Assembly: GCA_964057225.1 (NCBI GenBank)
Contig: OZ059898.1
Coordinates: forward strand, 434,001 to 498,000
Length of the DNA: 64,000 nucleotides
DNA from: Auanema rhodensis
Taxonomy: Eukaryota > Animalia > Nematoda
Direction: 5' to 3'
The first letter of the stretch is position 1. Every line of letters starts with the position of its first letter. Under the pieces are notes generated by a model. The model worked only from the letters and a program-made list of their open reading frames with translations. It searched no databases and was not told the origin of the DNA. Positions 57,201 to 64,000 of the stretch are shown here, piece after piece. The translations under genes were made by a program, and so were the position numbers.

Positions 57201-60200
57201 CATCGTCTTTGCCTTGAAAAAAGGAATCTAAAAACATCTACTTTTCGCCAAATTATTTTGAAATTTTTCGAAAAAATTTTTGTCAAAATGTTTTTGGAAG
57301 CAATGTTGAGTGTACATGGAAACTCAACATACACTAATGCATCATTTTTCAAACGATCATAACTAATTTTTGTATTAAGCGTTTCTCAATGTAGTATAGT
57401 GCATTCGATGCGGATTTTTAAGCTGCGTCGATCTGTGTTATCAGATTTGCGCTAGCTTAAAAATGCACCGAGATATCAACTGATATAAGTTCACACATAT
57501 ATCCTCGATTTTCACCCTGAAGAATTAATTTTTTCGTTGAATAACATTGTCCATCGTCTTTGCCTTGAAAAAAGGAATCTAAAAACATCTACTTTTTGCT
57601 AAATTATTTTGAAATTTTTCGAAAAAATTTTTGTCAAAATGTTTTTGGAAGCAATGTTGAGTGTACATGGAAACTCAACATACACTAATGCATCATTTTT
57701 CAAACGATCATAACTAATTTTTGTATTAAGCGTTTCTCAATGTAGTATAGTGCATTCGATGCGGATTTTTAAGCTGCGTCGATCTGTGTTATCAGATTTG
57801 CGCTAGCTTAAAAATGCACCGAGATATCAACTGATATAAGTTCACACTTATATCCTCGATTTTCACCCTGAAGAATTAATTTTTTCGTTGAATAACATTG
57901 TCCATCGTCTTTGCCTTGAAAAAAGGAATCTAAAAACATCTACTTTTTGCTAAATTATTTTGAAATTTTTCGAAAAAATTTTTGTCAAAATGTTTTTGGA
58001 AGCAATGTTGAGTGTACATGGAAACTCAACATACACTAATGCATCATTTTTCAAACGATCATAACTAATTTTTGTATTAAGCGTTTCTCAATGTAGTATA
58101 GTGCATTCGATGCGGATTTTTAAGCTGCGTCGATCTGTGTTATCAGATTTGCGCTAGCTTAAAAATGCACCGAGATATCAACTGATATAAGTTCACACTT
58201 ATATCCTCGATTTTCACCCTGAAGAATTAATTTTTTCGTTGAATAACATTGTCCATCGTCTTTGCCTTGAAAAAAGGAATCTAAAAACATCTACTTTTCG
58301 CCAAATTATTTTGAAATTTTTCGAAAAAATTTTTGTCAAAATGTTTTTGGAAGCAATGTTGAGTGTACATGGAAACTCAACATACACTAATGCATCATTT
58401 TTCAAACGATCATAACTAATTTTTGTATTAAGCGTTTCTCAATGTAGTATAGTGCATTCGATGCGGATTTTTAAGCTGCGTCGATCTGTGTTATCAGATT
58501 TGCGCTAGCTTAAAAATGCACCGAGATATCAACTGATATAAGTTCACACATATATCCTCGATTTTCACCCTGAAGAATTAATTTTTTCGTTGAATAACAT
58601 TGTCCATCGTCTTTGCCTTGAAAAAAGGAATCTAAAAACATCTACTTTTTGCTAAATTATTTTGAAATTTTTCGAAAAAATTTTTGTCAAAATGTTTTTG
58701 GAAGCAATGTTGAGTGTACATGGAAACTCAACATACACTAATGCATCATTTTTCAAACGATCATAACTAATTTTTGTATTAAGCGTTTCTCAATGTAGTA
58801 TAGTGCATTCGATGCGGATTTTTAAGCTGCGTCGATCTGTGTTATCAGATTTGCGCTAGCTTAAAAATGCACCGAGATATCAACTGATATAAGTTCACAC
58901 TTATATCCTCGATTTTCACCCTGAAGAATTAATTTTTTCGTTGAATAACATTGTCCATCGTCTTTGCCTTGAAAAAAGGAATCTAAAAACATCTACTTTT
59001 TGCTAAATTATTTTGAAATTTTTCGAAAAAATTTTTGTCAAAATGTTTTTGGAAGCAATGTTGAGTGTACATGGAAACTCAACATACACTAATGCATCAT
59101 TTTTCAAACGATCATAACTAATTTTTGTATTAAGCGTTTCTCAATGTAGTATAGTGCATTCGATGCGGATTTTTAAGCTGCGTCGATCTGTGTTATCAGA
59201 TTTGCGCTAGCTTAAAAATGCACCGAGATATCAACTGATATAAGTTCACACTTATATCCTCGATTTTCACCCTGAAGAATTAATTTTTTCGTTGAATAAC
59301 ATTGTCCATCGTCTTTGCCTTGAAAAAAGGAATCTAAAAACATCTACTTTTCGCCAAATTATTTTGAAATTTTTCGAAAAAATTTTTGTCAAAATGTTTT
59401 TGGAAGCAATGTTGAGTGTACATGGAAACTCAACATACACTAATGCATCATTTTTCAAACGATCATAACTAATTTTTGTATTAAGCGTTTCTCAATGTAG
59501 TATAGTGCATTCGATGCGGATTTTTAAGCTGCGTCGATCTGTGTTATCAGATTTGCGCTAGCTTAAAAATGCACCGAGATATCAACTGATATAAGTTCAC
59601 ACATATATCCTCGATTTTCACCCTGAAGAATTAATTTTTTCGTTGAATAACATTGTCCATCGTCTTTGCCTTAAAAAAAGGAATCTAAAAACATCTACTT
59701 TTTGCTAAATTATTTTGAAATTTTTCGAAAAAATTTTTGTCAAAATGTTTTTGGAAGCAATGTTGAGTGTACATGGAAACTCAACATACACTAATGCATC
59801 ATTTTTCAAACGATCATAACTAATTTTTGTATTAAGCGTTTCTCAATGTAGTATAGTGCATTCGATGCGGATTTTTAAGCTGCGTCGATCTGTGTTATCA
59901 GATTTGCGCTAGCTTAAAAATGCACCGAGATATCAACTGATATAAGTTCACACTTATATCCTCGATTTTCACCCTGAAGAATTAATTTTTTCGTTGAATA
60001 ACATTGTCCATCGTCTTTGCCTTGAAAAAAGGAATCTAAAAACATCTACTTTTCGCCAAATTATTTTGAAATATTTCGAAAAAATTTTTGTCAAAATGTT
60101 TTTGGAAGCAATGTTGAGTGTACATGGAAACTCAACATACACTAATGCATCATTTTTCAAACGATCATAACTAATTTTTGTATTAAGCGTTTCTCAATGT

Positions 60201-63200
60201 AGTATAGTGCATTCGATGCGGATTTTTAAGCTGCGTCGATCTGTGTTATCAGATTTGCGCTAGCTTAAAAATGCACCGAGATATCAACTGATATAAGTTC
60301 ACACTTATATCCTCGATTTTCACCCTGAAGAATTAATTTTTTCGTTGAATAACATTGTCCATCGTCTTTGCCTTGAAAAAAGGAATCTAAAAACATCTAC
60401 TTTTCGCCAAATTATTTTGAAATTTTTCGAAAAAATTTTTGTCAAAATGTTTTTGGAAGCAATGTTGAGTGTACATGGAAACTCAACATACACTAATGCA
60501 TCATTTTTCAAACGATCATAACTAATTTTTGTATTAAGCGTTTCTCAATGTAGTATAGTGCATTCGATGCGGATTTTTAAGCTGCGTCGATCTGTGTTAT
60601 CAGATTTGCGCTAGCTTAAAAATGCACCGAGATATCAACTGATATAAGTTCACACATATATCCTCGATTTTCACCCTGAAGAATTAATTTTTTCGTTGAA
60701 TAACATTGTCCATCGTCTTTGCCTTAAAAAAAGGAATCTAAAAACATCTACTTTTTGCTAAATTATTTTGAAATTTTTCGAAAAAATTTTTGTCAAAATG
60801 TTTTTGGAAGCAATGTTGAGTGTACATGGAAACTCAACATACACTAATGCATCATTTTTCAAACGATCATAACTAATTTTTGTATTAAGCGTTTCTCAAT
60901 GTAGTATAGTGCATTCGATGCGGATTTTTAAGCTGCGTCGATCTGTGTTATCAGATTTGCGCTAGCTTAAAAATGCACCGAGATATCAACTGATATAAGT
61001 TCACACTTATATCCTCGATTTTCACCCTGAAGAATTAATTTTTTCGTTGAATAACATTGTCCATCGTCTTTGCCTTGAAAAAAGGAATCTAAAAACATCT
61101 TCTTTTTGCTAAATTATTTTGAAATTTTTCGAAAAAATTTTTGTCAAAATGTTCTTGGAAGCAATGTTGAGTGTACATGGAAACTCAACATACACTAATG
61201 CATCATTTTTCAAACGATCATAACTAATTTTTGTATTAAGCGTTTCTCAATGTAGTATAGTGCATTCGATGCGGATTTTTAAGCTGCGTCGATCTGTGTT
61301 ATCAGATTTGCGCTAGCTTAAAAATGCACCGAGATATCAACTGATATAAGTTCACACTTATATCCTCGATTTTCACCCTGAAGAATTAATTTTTTCGTTG
61401 AATAACATTGTCCATCGTCTTTGCCTTGAAAAAAGGAATCTAAAAACATCTACTTTTTGCTAAATTATCTTGAAATTTTTCGAAAAAATTTTTGTCAAAA
61501 TGTTTTTGGAAGCAATGTTGAGTGTACATGGAAACTCAACATACACTAATGCATCATTTTTCAAACGATCATAACTAATTTTTGTATTAAGCGTTTCTCA
61601 ATGTAGTATAGTGCATTCGATGCGGATTTTTAAGCTGCGTCGATCTGTGTTATCAGATTTGCGCTAGCTTAAAAATGCACCGAGATATCAACTGATATAA
61701 GTTCACACTTATATCCTCGATTTTCACCCTGAAGAATTAATTTTTTCGTTGAATAACATTGTCCATCGTCTTTGCCTTGAAAAAAGGAATCTAAAAACAT
61801 CTACTTTTTGCTAAATTATCTTGAAATTTTTCGAAAAAATTTTTGTCAAAATGTTTTTGGAAGCAATGTTGAGTGTACATGGAAACTCAACATACACTAA
61901 TGCATCATTTTTCAAACGATCATAACTAATTTTTGTATTAAGCGTTTCTCAATGTAGTATAGTGCATTCGATGCGGATTTTTAAGCTGCGTCGATCTGTG
62001 TTATCAGATTTGCGCTAGCTTAAAAATGCACCGAGATATCAACTGATATAAGTTCACACTTATATCCTCGATTTTCACCCTGAAGAATTAATTTTTTCGT
62101 TGAATAACATTGTCCATCGTCTTTGCCTTGAAAAAAGGAATCTAAAAACATTTACTTTTTGCTAAATTATCTTGAAATTTTTCGAAAAAATTTTTGTCAA
62201 AATGTTTTTGGAAGCAATGTTGAGTGTACATGGAAACTCAACATACACTAATGCATTATTTTTCAAACGATCATAACTAATTTTTGTATTGAGCGTTTCT
62301 CAATGTAGTATAGTGCATTCGATGCGGATTTTTAAGCTGCGTCGATCTGTGTTATCAGATTTGCGCTAGCTTAAAAATCCACCGAGATATCAACTGATAT
62401 AAGTTCACACTTATATCCTCGATTTTCACCCTGAAGAATTAATTTTTTCGTTGAATAACATTGTCCATCGTCTTTGCCTTGAAAAAAAAAATCTGAAAAC
62501 ATCTACTTTTTGCTAAATTATTTTGAAATTTTTCGAAAAAATTTTTGTCAAAATGTTTTTGGAAGCAATGTTGAGTGTACATGGAAACTCAACATACACT
62601 AATGCATCATTTTTCAAACGATCATAACTAATTTTTGTATTAAGCGTTTCTCAATGTAGTATAGTGCATTCGATGCGGATTTTTAAGCTGCGTCGATCTG
62701 TGTTATCAGATTTGCGCTAGCTTAAAAATGCACCGAGATATCAACTGATATAAGTTCACACTTATATCCTCGATTTTCACCCTGAAGAATTAATTTTTTC
62801 GTTGAATAACATTGTCCATCGTCTTTGCCTTGAAAAAAGGAATCTAAAAACATCTACTTTTTGCTAAATTATTTTGAAATTTTTCGAAAAAATTTTTGTC
62901 AAAATGTTTTTGGAAGCAATGTTGAGTGTACATGGAAACTCAACATACACTAATGCATCATTTTTCAAACGATCATAACTAATTTTTGTATTAAGCGTTT
63001 CTCAATGTAGTATAGTGCATTCGATGCGGATTTTTAAGCTGCGTCGATCTGTGTTATCAGATTTGCGCTAGCTTAAAAATGCACCGAGATATCAACTGAT
63101 ATAAGTTCACACTTATATCCTCGATTTTCACCCTGAAGAATTAATTTTTTCGTTGAATAACATTGTCCATCGTCTTTGCCTTGAAAAAAGGAATCTAAAA

Positions 63201-64000
63201 ACATCTACTTGTTGCTAAATTATTTTGAAATTTTTCGAAAAAATTTTTGTCAAAATGTTTTTGGAAGCAATGTTGAGTGTACATGGAAACTCAACATACA
63301 CTAATGCATCATTTTTCAAACGATCATAACTAATTTTTGTATCAAGCGTTTCTCAATGTAGTATAGTGCATTCGATGCGGATTTTTAAGCTGCGTCGATC
63401 TGTGTTATCAGATTTGCGCTAGCTTAAAAATGCACCGAGATATCAACTGATATAAGTTCACACTTATATCCTCGATTTTCACCCTGAAGAATTAATTTTT
63501 TTGTTGAATAACATTGTCCATCGTCTTTGCCTTGAAAAAAGGAATCTAAAAACATCTACTTTTTGCTAAATTATTTTGAAATTTTTCGAAAAAATTTTTG
63601 TCAAAATGTTTTTGGAAGCAATGTTGAGTGTACATGGAAACTCAACATACACTAATGCATCATTTTTCAAACGATCATAACTAATTTTTGTATTAAGCGT
63701 TTCTCAATGTAGTATAGTGCATTCGATGCGGATTTTTAAGCTGCGTCGATCTGTGTTATCAGATTTGCGCTAGCTTAAAAATCCACCGAGATATCAACTG
63801 ATATAAGTTCACACTTATATCCTCGATTTTCACCCTGAAGAATTAATTTTTTCGTTGAATAACATTGTCCATCGTCTTTGCCTTGAAAAAAAAAATCTGA
63901 AAACATCTACTTTTTGCTAAATTATTTTGAAATTTTTCGAAAAAATTTTTGTCAAAATGTTTTTGGAAGCAATGTTGAGTGTACATGGAAACTCAACATA

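Larger units (their letters stand above)
19665..64000. repeat. Satellite B: head-to-tail tandem array of a 351-bp AT-rich monomer (~126 full copies plus one truncated), open at the right window edge
   Basis: t(a/g)agcgtttctcaatgtagtatagtgc recurs at 19820, 20171, 20522, 20873 and onward (period 351). ORF-track spacings are multiples of 351 within 1-2 bp. Hand count gives 110 G+C in 351 bp. Confidence 0.99.

Noticed and set aside
19956-60511. 38 copies of a 63-aa minus-strand ORF (MKNDALVYVEF...)
   Set aside because: It lies wholly within the satellite-B monomer and starts at TTG rather than ATG. It is open only in the ~30% of monomers where a TAG is replaced (mostly by TGG). Its K/F/I/N-rich composition reflects A/T tracts, I recognise no domain, and differences between copies are mostly amino-acid changing.
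1-64000. CRISPR array or other repeat-spacer system
   Set aside because: The units are contiguous and near-identical over their full length, with no unique spacers and no cas genes.
1-64000. Assignment to a named satellite family or species (e.g. 170-180-bp centromeric repeats, ~350-360-bp insect satellites)
   Set aside because: Only length and AT content are similar. I do not recognise either sequence, so a database search is needed.

Overview
This window is non-coding tandem satellite DNA from end to end, most likely eukaryotic (peri)centromeric or heterochromatic sequence. Two AT-rich families abut directly. Satellite A has a 176-bp monomer (~32% GC by hand count, ~112 copies, 1-19667). 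Satellite B has a 351-bp monomer (~31% GC, ~126 copies, 19665-64000). They join with no spacer or transposon through a 3-bp TAA microhomology. The first B monomer carries a 196-bp deletion flanked by a 3-bp microhomology, with its left end in the loop of the monomer's main hairpin. Both arrays are highly homogeneous and contain short-range multimer duplications (incipient higher-order repeats) and position-specific variant domains. The B monomer is a chain of inverted repeats, and several of its variants perfect those palindromes, including one G.G mismatch corrected independently from each arm. The A monomer carries three phased CACGT/E-box motifs and traces of an 11-bp sub-repeat. The 38 copies of a 63-aa ORF are an artefact of the B monomer. 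I found no genes, RNA genes, CRISPR arrays or mobile elements, and I could not assign species or satellite family from the sequence alone.
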